DNA of 48,318 nucleotides, from NCBI GenBank assembly GCA_004431415.1, contig QPMI01000573.1, positions 1 to 48,318 on the forward strand, read 5' to 3'. Position 1 is the first letter of the stretch. Each line of letters begins with the position of its first letter. The position numbers were made by a program, and so were the translations under genes. Below are positions 1 through 12,139 of the stretch, piece by piece. The notes under the pieces were generated by a model, which ran no database searches, was not told the DNA's origin, and saw only the letters and a list, made by a program, of their open reading frames with translations. The DNA is from Cyanophora paradoxa CCMP329. Lineage: Eukaryota > Plantae > Glaucophyta.

Positions 1-969
1 TCGCCCGCGCCTTCCGGGGGCGCAACGGCGCCGCCTCTTCGGTTTAGGGAGGCAGCGGGCCTGTCGCCCGACTGGCGCGCCCACGGCGAGATCCGCTCGC
101 CCTCCTGGGCCGCAACCGCGCCCTCGCGGTGCTCCTCAAGGCCCTCCTCTGCTCCCGCGCCGACGGCGGCTCCCGCGCCCGCCTCCTCTCCGCCGCCGAG
201 GCCGCGTTCCGGCGGCCTCGGACGACCACTTCGCGGCCACGGCGGCCGCCCTGCTGCAGCCCCGCCGCCTCCGCGGCCAACGGCACGCGCATCTAAATTT
301 AGACCCGATTCCAGAGCCTGTGATCGTGATCAGGAGCGTGATAAGATAGGAGCGTGATCTTGTACTTTCAGGTGTATTCGTGCAGTGGATTGCAGTTGTA
401 TTTCTAGTTTGATTTCAGTGTGCCGTAGTGGCTTTCAAGAGCCTGGCGCCGGCCCGGCTGCCAGCCGCCGTCCGGCTCCATTAATATTGCTGCAGTATCC
501 TTCCGATCACGTAGAGATCTAGAGTACATTGATTTCGTTCGTATTTGTATATTTATTGCAATAATTGTGGAGGCTGTGTCGATTTCGATTAGATTGATCT
601 CGAAGTTGGTTTTTGCTAGGCAGGATGATCGAGCAGTTTGAACTAGTGCAGATGTGTTCGAAGTCTGATTAGAAGTGACAGCTGCAGATCTAGATGATAG
701 GGATTTTTGAGCCGAGTTACGTGATCATGAGTAGTAAGAAAAGCGCACTGTAAGAAGAGAGTGCAAGCTTCAGATTAAGAATTTCGTACAATTAAAGCAG
801 ACAATTTTCGCAAGCGCAAAAACCGTAGAGCAGCGAACAGAGAAAGCGACGTCGACAATGTAACAGCTGCACTGCAGCTGGACATGATTTTAGATCTATT
901 CATAATTATTGATTTCCGATCCGCGGCCGGTCGATCCGTGATCGATATCAGACACACTGCGGCTCCGGG

Positions 970-2077
970 GTACGAGAGGAGCCGGACGCTCCAGGAGTCG
1001 AAGGGGCCGAGGCCGGGGGCGCCTCGAGGGCCGCCAGGGCGCCCAGCATCTCGCCACGGGGCGGATGAGAAAGACGGCGTTGGCGCGGGCGTCGAAGCCG
1101 AAGGAGCGCTGCGTGTGGAGGAGCGCGCGCAGCGTGCCCCGCGTCGCGCCGCCAGCCGCAGCGAGCAGCGGCCGGCCTCGATGAGGGGGCTGCCGCCGAG
1201 AAAGAAGCCGCCCTCCAGCTTGAGCGTCGAAATCCGCGCGAGGGTCGAGCGGATCGCCGCGAGCGGCCTCGATCGACCAGCCGCGCCCGTCGTTGGAGCC
1301 GGAGAGGTAGAATCCGAGGCTGCTGCCCTTCGCCGGATGCAACGAAACGCCGAATTCGCGGCCAGCAGTGCGCAGAACGTTGCCGCCGAGCTCTCCGAGC
1401 ATACTGTTGCTCATAACAACGCGCACAGAAGAAGACGGCCTCGAGAATCGAGTTTCGCCGCGCTGAAGTTGCGCCGTGCTCGAGAGGAAAACGTCCGCGA
1501 AAATTTCCTTCGAGAGCCGCAGCAGCGCAATTCTTCGGCACAAGCAAGTCCACAGGCTTTGTGCGACAGTTGGAGAGAGGGCGCCAAGCCCAACGTAATC
1601 CACTCGGGCCACACGCTCATAAAGTCGTCGCGCTTTGGAGCCTCCGCCTTTTTTACGACGAGTTTCCCGCTGCCAACTGCCAGAGACGTCAACTAGCAGT
1701 GATCTTAAACTTCAATATGTTTTTTAAAATATCAATTCGGAGTTCGAATTCGATATCGGACTTTGTGATCACGAGATCAGAGATTAATCGCGCGAACCCG
1801 TACAACCGCGCTCCTCAGCGGCTGAGACGATAAAGAGGTCCTCCCCGGTTGAGAGCGTGAGCACGCCCCCCTTGGATTTATCTGTTGGCCATTCGCTGAA
1901 CTTGAAAGCGGCGACGCCCCCCGAACTCGAGAAGATGCGACGCATTTGCTGAAGGGTCGAGCGATCGGAGACTACGCCCACTCTTCGGCGAAGCGCTCGT
2001 CGCGCAAGCTCGTCGGGCGTGCGGATCCGGAGCTGAAAAAGAGGCCCGGCGAGCGGAGCGCCCCAGAGATCGCCCAC
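970..2077 (-). CDS. Probable intron-containing host gene fragment, product unknown
   Basis: GC-rich open frames on the minus strand (1784-2077, 896-1692) are separated by an AT-richer segment, 1693-1803, with GT(ACGG)...(CT)AG ends on the minus strand. Another AG acceptor lies at about 2078. No recognisable domain. Confidence 0.3.
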
Positions 2078-2337
2078 CTGCGCGACGAATATTAATGTTC
2101 ATGATTAGAGAAAGCGAGCGGGTGAGATGTTAATTCAGAAGACAGCGTCGGTGCGCCGGCCGGCGGTTCCAAAATTCTCTTAAGCCTGATCATGAGCGTC
2201 CCCCCCCCGATCCGGGCGATGCAGCGGTGTTTGCATAATTCGAAATTCCCTTTTCTTCGTAATCATGATCTTCATTTTCCTCTAGATCTCATTTCAATTC
2301 CTTCAATTTCGCGAAACGAAAAATTGAGAGAAGATAG

Positions 2338-2428
2338 ACCATATTGAAAACGAATTTAAATCCCTCGTTCATCTCGATCGCTTCGCGATCTCGATTCCTC
2401 TGGATTTAATTCGTTTTTCAATATGTGT
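2338..2428. repeat. Left terminal fold-back of element 1
   Basis: AC-CATATTGAAAACGAATTTAAATCC (2338-2363) pairs with GGATTTAATTCGTTTTTCAATATGTGT (2402-2428), allowing single-base indels. The 38-nt spacer runs CTCG...CCTCT and contains an inner GATCGC-TTC-GCGATC hairpin. Confidence 0.8.
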
Positions 2429-2739
2429 TAATTTAATACTAAAATACATATTTTTCGATTAATTTCTTAAACTTTTTATGCAAACTTTGTATAAAATATG
2501 CAAACTTTGTATTAAAATGAAAACGCGTTTACCAAAATGCATATTTTCGATTAACTTCGATAGATTCAATTGATCTTATATCGATTGATTATGTACTTTG
2601 TTGTTTACATACAAATCTGCGATAGATTAACATTAAACTGCTTAAAGATCGATATAATTGCGATTAAATTGCATAAATTCGCATAAACTCGATATATCTC
2701 TCATGTATTGAAGTAGACCACCGCCCATTCTGTATCGAA

Positions 2740-2995
2740 AAACGCAAAAGTGTCACAGAGTTGCATTGTGTCCATTGAACAATCGATGAGATTGCTGATG
2801 TACATTTGACGAAAAAGTGTCACAGAGTTGCATTATCTCCCATTAAACATCGATTAGATTGCGGGATTTTCTATTGGAATATATCGGAACTGCATTATGT
2901 CCAATTAACAATCGATGAGATGCGGATTTATATTTTAGATCGAAAAGTGTCACAGAGTTGCATGGTCTCCATTGAACAATCGATTAGATTGCATA
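2740..2995 (+). repeat. Subterminal direct repeats (about 50-65 bp, 3 copies plus a partial)
   Basis: AAAAGTGTCACAGAGTTGCAT...CCATTGAACAATCGAT.AGATTGC recurs at about 2747, 2813 and 2943, with a partial copy at about 2890. Confidence 0.85.
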
Positions 2996-3094
2996 TGTTC
3001 TATAAACAGAATAATTGAATTCAAGTGTGACAGGTAGTATTCAAATGATATTCGTAATAGATATATTGTTTTTGAGAAAGTCAGTAAGAGGGTA

Positions 3095-3560
3095 GAATGT
3101 CTGTGACAGGTGTGACAGGTGTGACAGGTGTTTTCAGAGTCTGTCATTTTGAAAATTTAGAAAGTTTGAAAATAGGTGTCACACTGTCACACCTGTCACA
3201 CTCAATTAAACTACCTGTCACACTGGTTCCTTACCATTTTCAGTAAGACAGAAAGGTATTCATGAATCGACTATTGTTGGGTGGATTTTGAAGGTGTCAC
3301 ACCTGTCACATAGACTGTTTCAGTAAGACAACAATAAATTCTTGAATATTCAGTAAGAATAGAGTCTTTTGTTAATTGGGTGTGACGGGTGTGACAGGTG
3401 TGACAGGTGTTTTCAGAAGTCTGTAATTTGTGAGAATTTTAAAAAGTTTGAAAATAGGTGTCACACCTGTCACAGGCGTCACAGTCATTAAATAGGTGTC
3501 ACACCGATATCTGACCATTTTCAGTAAGACCATCTGAAATTCTGAATTTCTCAGTGTCAA
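3095..3560. repeat. Two tandem iteron-like modules (GTGACAGGT arrays converging on an AT-rich core); candidate origin
   Basis: (GTGACAGGT)3-GTTTTCAG..GTCTG..AAAGTTTGAAAATAGG-(TGTCACACC)n occurs at about 3103-3225 and 3372-3505. Each is followed by CCATTTTCAGTAAG. Confidence 0.8.
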
Positions 3561-3660
3561 CTAACTCGGAAATCGCAATACTCTATGTTTCTCCGATTTC
3601 TCCAACCTGAAAACACACTGTTATTCTCTCATCTATCTCATGAGATACTCTCGTTTCGCC

Positions 3661-3668
3661 AAAATTGA
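3661..3668 (+). promoter_or_regulatory. AAAATTGA motif (Mimiviridae-type early promoter)
   Basis: Exact motif 40 nt upstream of the ATG at 3701. Confidence 0.6.
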
Positions 3669-3700
3669 CAAACGATTTCCCATCATGCTGTAAAGGAAAC

Positions 3701-3952
3701 ATGCCGATTAACCAGCAGTATTACAATTACTATGGGCATTACTTCTTGATTGTCAAGAAACTCCCAGAGCATTATGAGATCTTCCAAGAGATGGGATTGC
3801 GAATTACAGGAGATCAACCCTTTGTAGATTCTTGAAAAGAATGGTGCTAAATGGGATAAGACAATTCGCCAATGTATACAGAAGATCCCAAGAGTCCCTT
3901 ACTTGATATTTTCGAAACAGTGAATTTGGATCAGTTTAATCATTTCCGATAG
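3701..3952 (+). CDS. DUF5710-like small protein (frameshifted)
   Basis: Joining frames gives MPINQQYYNYYGHYFLIVKKL...KNGAKWDKTIRQ(W)YTEDPKSPLLDIF. This has the GA.WD...W(Y) motif and matches the 43342-43803 protein. Confidence 0.6.
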
Positions 3953-4853
3953 CCAGAAACTCCAACTGGAATGAGTTGTCATCCCATTCATATCTACAAG
4001 ATCACCATAATAATCGCGAACTCAACTGTTAACTCTCTAATCACCAGGTTTCGATCGGTTATTTTTATGTATTCACTGTGCTCTCCACTGTGATATACAT
4101 ACTGCCCAATATCTTTACTTAACTGCAATCTGAGAATTGCCCCTTGATTCTGTGGTTGTGATCTTGGGACAATATTGTGGTTTGTAGCAAATGGGAGAGT
4201 TCTTTAATGTGCATGTATAATACTGTTCTGCATTCATGTCTGTCATCTTGGCTGCTTCTAACTTGTAGTTTAAGCGAGATGCCTCGAATTCATATCCTGT
4301 AATGTTATTCCCATTGGGGATGGTTTGGGGTGATTGGTATTCCTGCAAAATAGAGGAAATTCTCGGAGCATATAAAGACCTTGCAGACTCTGGGAATCGT
4401 AGTTCTGCTCTAATGAAGCGACCAGTCAACAGAACTCACCCAAGAAGTTTACCCAATCTCTGTGTAGATGCTACCATCTCGAATTGAACATTACTGTAAA
4501 ACTCTAATTTGTAGGAGGTAGGATTGTAGTAGACCTTGAATGCATATGTGAGATTGTTGCTCCAGTAAATGTGAAATTCAGACCATAATTATATGGACTG
4601 GTGACCCGAAATGCCCTTGATTAATATAACCACTTGGGAGAAGGAAGACCTGCTTGGTTTCAGAGATGCCTTGGTAGTAGAATCTGACAAGAGGTGATCT
4701 GTTCCAATGGAGTTATAGATGCTGTTGGGGATTTCTGCATACAAAACTCGACATTCTCTTGGTTTGGTCACTGGGTTGTGAGTGCAACTTTGTAGGAGTT
4801 TTCTATTTGTCATCTGATCGGTCTCTGCTATCTATATTGACCAGCCGAATCAT
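3936..4853 (-). CDS. Minor capsid (penton, single jelly-roll) protein 1, frameshifted
   Basis: N-terminus MIRLVNIDSRDRS, then YAEIPNSIYN, and C-terminus IRELTVE.RDYYGDLVDMNG..SFQLEF. These motifs are typical of PLV/virophage/NCLDV pentons. Confidence 0.8.
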
Positions 4854-4880
4854 TTTAATATATGTTTATAGATAAAGAAG

Positions 4881-5900
4881 ATGCCTGTGGATTACATCGA
4901 AGTGAGCTCTTTCAATACAATTTCGGGAGATGGACCAACTTCGAGTTTTATTGCTCGCCTCCAAGCACCTATGAATTTGTGAGAGCAGTAAGACTGGTTT
5001 CAGCAGAATTCTATAACAGCATTCCCATGGTGAGTGGTGAAACCAAAGTAGGAGATGTGACAATAGATAATGCAATCTACCTTTATTGGTCTGATATTAT
5101 TCTGGTGCAGGAAGCACTGGTATTCCAACTGATCGACTGCTGCGATTATGAGCAATGGAAGCACATTGTGATAAGTCGCAGCACACCCATTCAAAACACA
5201 ACAATGGTGAATGTAATTAACTCCAAACTTGCATTGAGAGAGCCACAGTAGCAATTCGCTGTAAATGGGATGATACACTGAAACGAGTAATATTCCATTC
5301 CACCATACCGTTTTACCTGGCTTTCTCAACTGCAATAAACCCAACCCAGGCGCAGATTCAGAGGTTTTTGAGTTCTGCTCGACTGCTTGGTCTTGATCCT
5401 GGGAGATATGGTAAACCCAATCCAATCACAAGTTTATAATACTCTGACTGATGGTATCTTTACTGGTCGATGGTGCATGGTATCATATCTTCATTTGAAC
5501 CTGAAAAGACAGGATAGTGTTCTGTTTGTGAGAGTAAAGGAGTTGGGTGATCTGGTTCAATGTGGTGATGGTCTCCTCACGGGATATTTCACAAAATCGT
5601 TGTTCCAGATAAAGATTATGGTGAGCATGTCGTTTATAATTCGACAGAAGCCCATCCGATTTATAAATACTATAACAGAATCTGGACTTTCCACATTTTC
5701 GGTTGATATTGTGAATGCAGTTAATGAACCAATTGATTTCGAGGGTCAACCTGTCCACCTCACCTTCGAAATTCGATATGGTGATGAACCTGCTGGTGAT
5801 CCTGTGTACGATACTTCAAGAGGAGAATGGCGGAACACATCCATCTTATCCGGTTATTGCGAATTTTGCGTAAAATCAAGGATCATTGGTGAATTTTTTA
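4881..5900 (+). CDS. Minor capsid (penton-like) protein 2, frameshifted; 3' end uncertain
   Basis: VRAVRLVSAEFYNSIPMV and LSTFSVDIVNAVNEPIDFEGQPVHLTFEI match the same penton N- and C-terminal motifs. Confidence 0.72.
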
Positions 5901-5927
5901 TGTTGCAGTATAATAAAAGAGATAATC

Positions 5928-7291
5928 ATGGATATTACTTCGACCTCCAACGTCTTTCTCTGAAAGAAGCTCTAACAACCCCGGAAGAAGCCAAGGCGTT
6001 CTTCTTGGACAACTCTCTCATGCTTGGTCTTGAATCCAAGTCGAAGCCAGTTCTTGTTGTTGTGAACCCAAGCAACACTTTCGAGAATAATGCTGGAAAT
6101 CGCATTTCTTTCAAGCTCCCTCGCTACAATTTCTGTGGAAAACTCGAACTTGCGTTTGACCTTCCAGCTGTCACTTTTGCTGGTGATACCGACCTTGTTC
6201 GCAATGGATACGTTCGCCCAGTTGGTGCTCTTGTCTCTCGACTTGAAATTACCTATGGATCTTACACCTTCCATGTGCCTTCTGATTTCCTTGCTCATTT
6301 CCCTCTTATCTATTACAGTGAGGATCAACTCGCCAAGAAGAAGCGTTCAATGGGAATGGTTCATGGTATCCCTGCCATGGAACCAACCGACTTGGTGGGT
6401 CATTTTTCACTGAAATCCCAGTCCATGGCTAAACCACTACCTACCTCTTGGTGCTCTCTCAGGAGAAATGGTGGTAACTGTCTGGTTCAAGGATGCTGGA
6501 AAGGTTATGTGAGACTTCTTATGGTGGTCGTGCTCTTCCTGTTGTTGGTGGAACAGCTGCTGATAAGACAGAGGATGATGGACTTGGTGCTACTGCTAAT
6601 GCTACTCTTGCCCATGTTGGTCAACAAATCACCACTTTTGGAATTGGTGCAACAACAACCCCCGAAATTAAAGTCACTTCTCTCGTCTTTACATGCATGC
6701 TATTAATGTTTCTGATGAACTGTTTGCTACTGTCATTGAGAAGTGAAGACCACTGGTATGGCTATTCCTGCTCTGGATATTGGTTTTGTTGACAGTGTCA
6801 ATTTTGCTGCAAAAGGCAATGCTCAACCAAATCGTATTAACCTGTCACAGATCTCTGGTCTTGTCTATGGTCTTCTTGTTTCAGTTCGTGATGCCGCAGG
6901 TATTGATGGTTTCAATGGTTCCACAGTGTCCTAAAAACGCATGCTAACTCAAAAGACATTACTTTCACTGTTGAAATTAATGGTCAACGTCTCTATGCTA
7001 CTGAGCCATCCCTCTCCTCAAAGGTGCGAATTAATTGCGGATGCCTTCAAGTGCTCAAATATGGACAAGGTTGCAGACAAATATGTCCTCAGTGGTCTAC
7101 CATTCTGTGTTGATGGAGAGAAAGCGATTCGCAACATTGCCCAGTCTGGCTATGTTGATCTCACGAACTCCTCCTCTTCTTTCCTTACTCTATACATGCC
7201 TTCTGACCAGACAATCACAGTTAATGTTCGTGCTCTCATGCACAGTTTCATTATTGTTGACAAAGATGGTCTTCGTCGCATTAATCTGTAA
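5928..7291 (+). CDS. Major capsid protein (double jelly-roll), several frameshifts
   Basis: N-terminal GNRISFKLPRYNFCGKLELAFDLPAV...GALVSRLEITYGS and C-terminal QSGYVDLTNSSSSFLTL...VNVRALMHSFIIVDKDG resemble NCLDV/PLV MCP motifs. About 450 aa, located between the penton and the ATPase. Confidence 0.8.
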
Positions 7292-7352
7292 AACCATTAT
7301 CAGTAACGTTTCGTTATTTTTATCTATCTTAATAAGAAAGATCTACAAAGCC

Positions 7353-8099
7353 ATGTCTGACGTTCCCGAATTTAATGCTGCTGAGATGATTAAACCCCTT
7401 TTCGCGTATTAGCAATCGGAAAAGCGCGACGGGCAAGTCAGAAGCCGTAAAATATTGGCTAAACAACTTCACGATGCGAAAAAGTTAGATGTTGTTCTTG
7501 TTATAAGTGGGACATCATTCAATCATTTTTGGGATGATGTCGCAACATTACAGCTCGGTAAATGGATGCGCCTTACATCGCTAACTTCTCGATGAAAGAC
7601 AAGAGAAAATTGAGAAAGGAGAACCGTTAATCAATTATGTGTTGTTCTCGATGATCTTATAGACAATGAGATTGTAGACCTTACCCGTGATAAAATTATT
7701 GGATCTCTGTATTCGCGCGGCCGCCACTCGGCGATTACAATTTTCTGCATAACTCAGAAACTGCGTAAGGTTTCTTCAACCATTCGCGTCAATTCGGATT
7801 ATGCAATGTTCCTCAGTGCCGCCAATCGCAAAGAACTGGAAGCCATTGAAGAAGAATACAATATCATGCGGGATAAAGACGCTTTCTATAAGATGTTTGA
7901 GGAATACGTTCACTCCTATCAGTTTCTCATTTGGAGTTCTGCGAATTATTCGGTGGAATACTACGTTGATAAAGCGGAACTCGTTAAAGACTTTAAGTTT
8001 CCTCGGTTCCACAGGAAGCCCAAAAAGAAAGAGGACGAATTACCACTCCACAGAAAGAGGAAGCCCCAAAGAGGTCAAGAGTGGTGTTCATTCGAATAA
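7353..8099 (+). CDS. A32-like (FtsK/HerA family) genome packaging ATPase, frameshifted
   Basis: Walker A (AIGK..TGKS across an indel), VLVISGT, Walker B VVLDDL, LYSRGRH, ITQ and IRVNSDY. Confidence 0.9.
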
Positions 8100-8155
8100 A
8101 CTGATGCGATATAAGAGAGGTTTATAAAATAATCTCTGCTTCTAATAAATATACA

Positions 8156-8592
8156 ATGCCTTCCAAACGCAAAGTTGGTGTTGCTGCTGGTGCTATGTCA
8201 TATTCTGCATCCTCTGGAACCGGTTCTATTAACACAGAGCCATGAAATTCAATGGTGTCAATGAAGTTAAAGCATCACAGCAACAAGAAGATCCCTCAAT
8301 GCTGCTTACGAAGAATCACCAGATGATAAGCTCCCAAGCTTCCACAAGTGACCAGTTGAATATTTCGCCCGAAACCTCTAAGATGAAGGCAGTTGGTGAA
8401 GGTGCTCGTCGAATTATTGGTGCTGCTGATGACAAAGGACTGGGTCTCCAAGATCTGTCCCTTGCTCGCAAAGGTGAAGGTGTATCCAAAGAATCAGACA
8501 AGGTAATTCAATCCATGGCTGGTGAGGTAACCTACAAGGTCGCACCTACACAGAATATCCATCGAATTCCAAAGCCCAATGGGACGAAATGA
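8156..8592 (+). CDS. Hypothetical protein (possible virion core protein), frameshifted
   Basis: ATG at 8156 (MPSKRKVGVAAG) joins ORF 8242-8592; lies in the structural cluster. Confidence 0.45.
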
Positions 8593-8936
8593 CTGCGAAA
8601 CTTAAAGATCTGGAAGCGAAATCCAGTGCTCTTGAACAGTATGTCTCTGAGAAGAAAGAGAGAGCGAAATTAAAGGAGATGCTGCGAAAGGAGGTGTATA
8701 GAATGGGAATCACTGGTCTCCCAGATAAGCAGTTCATTGGTAAGAAAGAGACTCAAATTGATGAGCAGGCAGTTGATGAGATGAAGACCAAAACCAGAAG
8801 GGCACCATTGAACCTGGTGCTACCAAATCAGAGGTCGATAAAGGTGTTGCCCCAACAGTATATAAACGACGAGTTTGGCTTTAATTATCTCGCATTAAGA
8901 GAGAGAGCATCATGGATTTCTTGCGAAAACTCATAG
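8589..8936 (+). CDS. Hypothetical charged/coiled-coil protein
   Basis: 115-aa ORF with an ATGA overlap on the upstream ORF. Confidence 0.5.
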   Translation: MTAKLKDLEAKSSALEQYVSEKKERAKLKEMLRKEVYRMGITGLPDKQFIGKKETQIDEQAVDEMKTKTRRAPLNLVLPNQRSIKVLPQQYINDEFGFNYLALRERASWISCENS

Positions 8937-9145
8937 AGATGTTCAATCTCCACATTGTGAGCAATTGTCACAGTGGCTGCTGTGAAACCAAAGTCGAAAT
9001 CGAATTCTCTGACACTGAGAGTCATGGATCTGGTGGTAGGCGATTATCCACAGATTCGGTGGATTTCGAAGAGCATATTAAAACAGAGACAGTGAGGCGC
9101 AGGTCTGTATCTTTCACAGATCCGAAATTAAATCTCGGTAATTAA
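8912..9145 (+). CDS. Hypothetical small protein with a CxSxCC motif
   Basis: 77-aa ORF MDFLRKL...NCHSGCC. Confidence 0.45.
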   Translation: MDFLRKLIEMFNLHIVSNCHSGCCETKVEIEFSDTESHGSGGRRLSTDSVDFEEHIKTETVRRRSVSFTDPKLNLGN

Positions 9146-9344
9146 TATCGAATGCTCAGTCTCTCTGAGATCTATGCTATCCTTGAAAGGAAATCCGCTG
9201 AATATGCAACAGAAGCCGCAATAAAAAAGCGTAGACAGGAACTGGTCTCGATCTGCAAAAAATGACAAGGGATTTAAGGGTAAGGTGTGTTTGATTGGTG
9301 AACCGGACAAATTATTTCTCGTCCCATTATAAGGAACATATCAA

Positions 9345-9597
9345 ATGGAAACTGAATCTGTGGTCGAATTCGAACTTGCAATGAGCGAGGTGGATCCAAT
9401 GAGAGGAAAGGTTGTATGACCGCTTGTATTTCCAGAAACGCTATCAAGATGAGGAATTTCGAGAATTATATCGTAAAAAGGCACTGGAACGATATTATCG
9501 CAGGAAAGCTGCTGAGATGGATCCAATAATCAGTGAAACGCCCAGTAGGTCGTCCCAGAAAATACTGAACCGCCCCAAAGTCCCAGATATCCGCTGA
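9345..9597 (+). CDS. Basic helical protein with AT-hook, frameshifted
   Basis: YFQKRYQDEEFRELYRKKALERYYRRK, plus VKRPVGRPRKY* in the adjacent frame. Counterpart of 46905-47396. Confidence 0.6.
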
Positions 9598-9760
9598 ATC
9601 CTTTTTGTTACCATGATCAATCGACTTTTCGATGGATCATTACCATACATCGAGCGCCAATCGGAGAACCCAAAGGTATTTAAAGGTTAGGCGCCAAAAA
9701 ATGACAAGCGACCGGAGAAATTAATTTCTCCATTAAGGATAAGAAGCCCCGATTGTTGAA

Positions 9761-12119
9761 ATGAACGCTGCGCCAAGAAATCCCTGAAACGCCTTGTTGA
9801 ATGGCTTCGTGAAGACGATGTCCTGTCTGAGAATATCGTTATTCCTGTTGATCCTGATACCAAAAAGCCACTTTTCGCTCATAAAGACGGAACCTGGTCT
9901 TGGGATAAATTCGATGAAGCCCTGAAATCCGGTAAATATACTGCTTGGGGCATTCTCGCTCGTAATATCCTGGTAATTGACTTCGACCAAGAGGAGGATT
10001 TCGCCAAATTCGAGGAGCAATTCCCTGATGATTTCGGTGGTGTTAATCCTCTTGCTAAAACCAAAAAAGGATATCATGCATTCTTCGCTCGACCTGCTGA
10101 ATTCGACACCATTAAGATCTGGGATAAAGCGGGTGCATTCAAAGGAAACCCAAGATCGACTGCAAAACGATTGCATCCACTGGGACTGCTGGGGTGATTA
10201 ATGTTTGCCCCAGTCCCAACAAAACATGGATCAGAGAGCCATGGGCATCTGAGTGTGAGTTAAATGAACCCACTGCTGAGTTGCAAAAGTGGATTGTTGA
10301 AAACTACGAATTCCCCAAAGGTGCACATTCTTATTATGCAAGGTGCGCTGAGGAGAATTTGCAGAAACATATTCTTTCTAAACTCGAAGAATTCGGTTTC
10401 ATCTTGCCCACAATCATCAATGAGACCAAGATGGGATACAATTTCACTGCTGAGAACAAAGGTCTGGTCTGTCCCTGCTGCAAGGGAAGCCATGACTCAA
10501 ACAATTGGTATATTATTCAAGGGAAGGAGAAAGACAAGTACATTGTTTCGAGTTACAGTGCAAACTGCAAGAAGCGAAGCATCACTGTTCGTGTGAAGGA
10601 AGAGACAGATGTGAAGATCGAAATCTGATTGATCGGTCTGCTGGATCTGATGGTGCCCATTATGATGTTGCACAGGTTGCCTATCTTGTTCTGCAAGACA
10701 AATACAAGTATTCCAACAAGACCTGGTTCAAGTTCAATGATATATGTGGGATTTGGGAGTTGGATGAAACTGGGAAGCGAATCTTTCTCTGTTTGAGCTG
10801 CAAGGTCTGTCCAGTTTATCTTCAACGTTCTGTTCAACTCGCACAGAGAGCTCTTCGTGATGAAGAGAACCGCAATTCCTTGGAGGAAAGGTCAAAGATT
10901 CTGCTGGGAATTGCTAAGAGCCTCAAACAGACTACATACAGAACTGCACTTATGTCTGATCTTTCAGTTCTGTTCAGTGACAAGACCTTTTTCGAGAGAC
11001 TTGATACTGTTCCCAACATCATAGGATTCACAAATGGTGTATTTGACTTGAACTCCATGACTTTTCGACAGGGACTCCCAGATGATATGGTGAGCAAGAC
11101 TGTTGGCTACGATTATACCACAGAAATCGACCAAGAGAAGGTTGCAAAGATTAAGTCCATCTATGCAGATATTATTGAATCGGATACAGACCGCGAATTT
11201 ATGTTGGGATTAATCGCCTATGCCCTGAGTGGTTTGACAGAAAATCAGAGATACACTTGTTGGACTGGAATTGGAGCAAATGGGAAATCTCTGCTCCAAG
11301 AGTTGGTGAAAGACACATTTGGTGAATACTATGGGTCACTGGATATGACCTATTGGACGAAACCCAAGAAGAGTTCATCAGAGGCTTCCCCAGAACTCGC
11401 TTGCATCCTTGGTAAACGAATTGTTTTCAGTAATGAAGCAGAAGATGGTGATATGCTTCAACTGAACAAAATCAAACAAGTTACTGGTGGGAATGAGATG
11501 AAGGTTCGAACTCTATTCAAAGATCTTGTAACATTCATTCCATGTTCCAGTTGTTCTTGTCTACAAATGACAATCTGGGAATCAGTAAACCAGATGCAGC
11601 AATCCAAAGGCGAATTATCTACTACCGATTCGAAAATGTCTTCAAGGTGGAACCTCAACCTGGTGAGAAGAAGGCAGACACCACTCTCATGCGCCTCATG
11701 AAGAATGATGATGATTATAAAATGGCGCATATGTCCATTCTCCTGGAAATGTGGAGAACCCATTCTCTCAATACATTCGTCACCAAACCTCCCAGTCCAT
11801 TGTTGATCAAGGTATGGAGTATTTCAATGAGAATGACAAGATTGGAGAGTGGATTCGAGAGAATTATGAACTCACCAAGAGTCAAGGCGATTTCACTACA
11901 AGTGAGTCCATCATGAGTGACTTCAAGAGAGACCACATGGGCAAATCTGATGAGAAAATCTCAGATTGCACCATTATGAAGAGACTTCGCGAAGTCTTTA
12001 ATGTGAAGTCTGACAGAAAACGAGTGAATGGTGTACTTTGCCGTGGTTACTTTGGGATCATAAAGAAGCATGGTCGCAGATTGATGGATGACAGTGATGA
12101 GGAGGTTGGGGATGAGTAA
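9761..12119 (+). CDS. Primase-helicase: Prim-Pol domain + Zn finger + D5_N + SF3 helicase + C-terminal wHTH (frameshifted)
   Basis: Prim-Pol motifs VIPV...KKP, GIL...LVIDFD and TKKGYHAFF (9780-10100); CPCCKGSH; D5_N IGFTNGVFDL; Walker A GIGANGKS; Walker B VFSNE; IKQVTGG; LSTND; AIQRRI; C-terminal RVNGVLCRGYFGI. Confidence 0.9.
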
Positions 12120-12139
12120 ATAAAACGGAATCAATACTT

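Noticed and set aside
5387-6706. Apparent penton-MCP fusion ORF (439 aa)
   Set aside because: The MCP has its own likely ATG at 5928 after an AT-rich leader, one base out of frame, in an indel-rich region. The fusion is more likely an artefact, but reads should be checked.
7606-7613. AAAATTGA inside the ATPase gene (another at about 2320)
   Set aside because: Not upstream of a start codon. It shows that chance matches occur in AT-rich DNA.
9733-10176. 147-aa minus-strand ORF
   Set aside because: Antisense shadow of the Prim-Pol domain, which has clear motifs on the plus strand.
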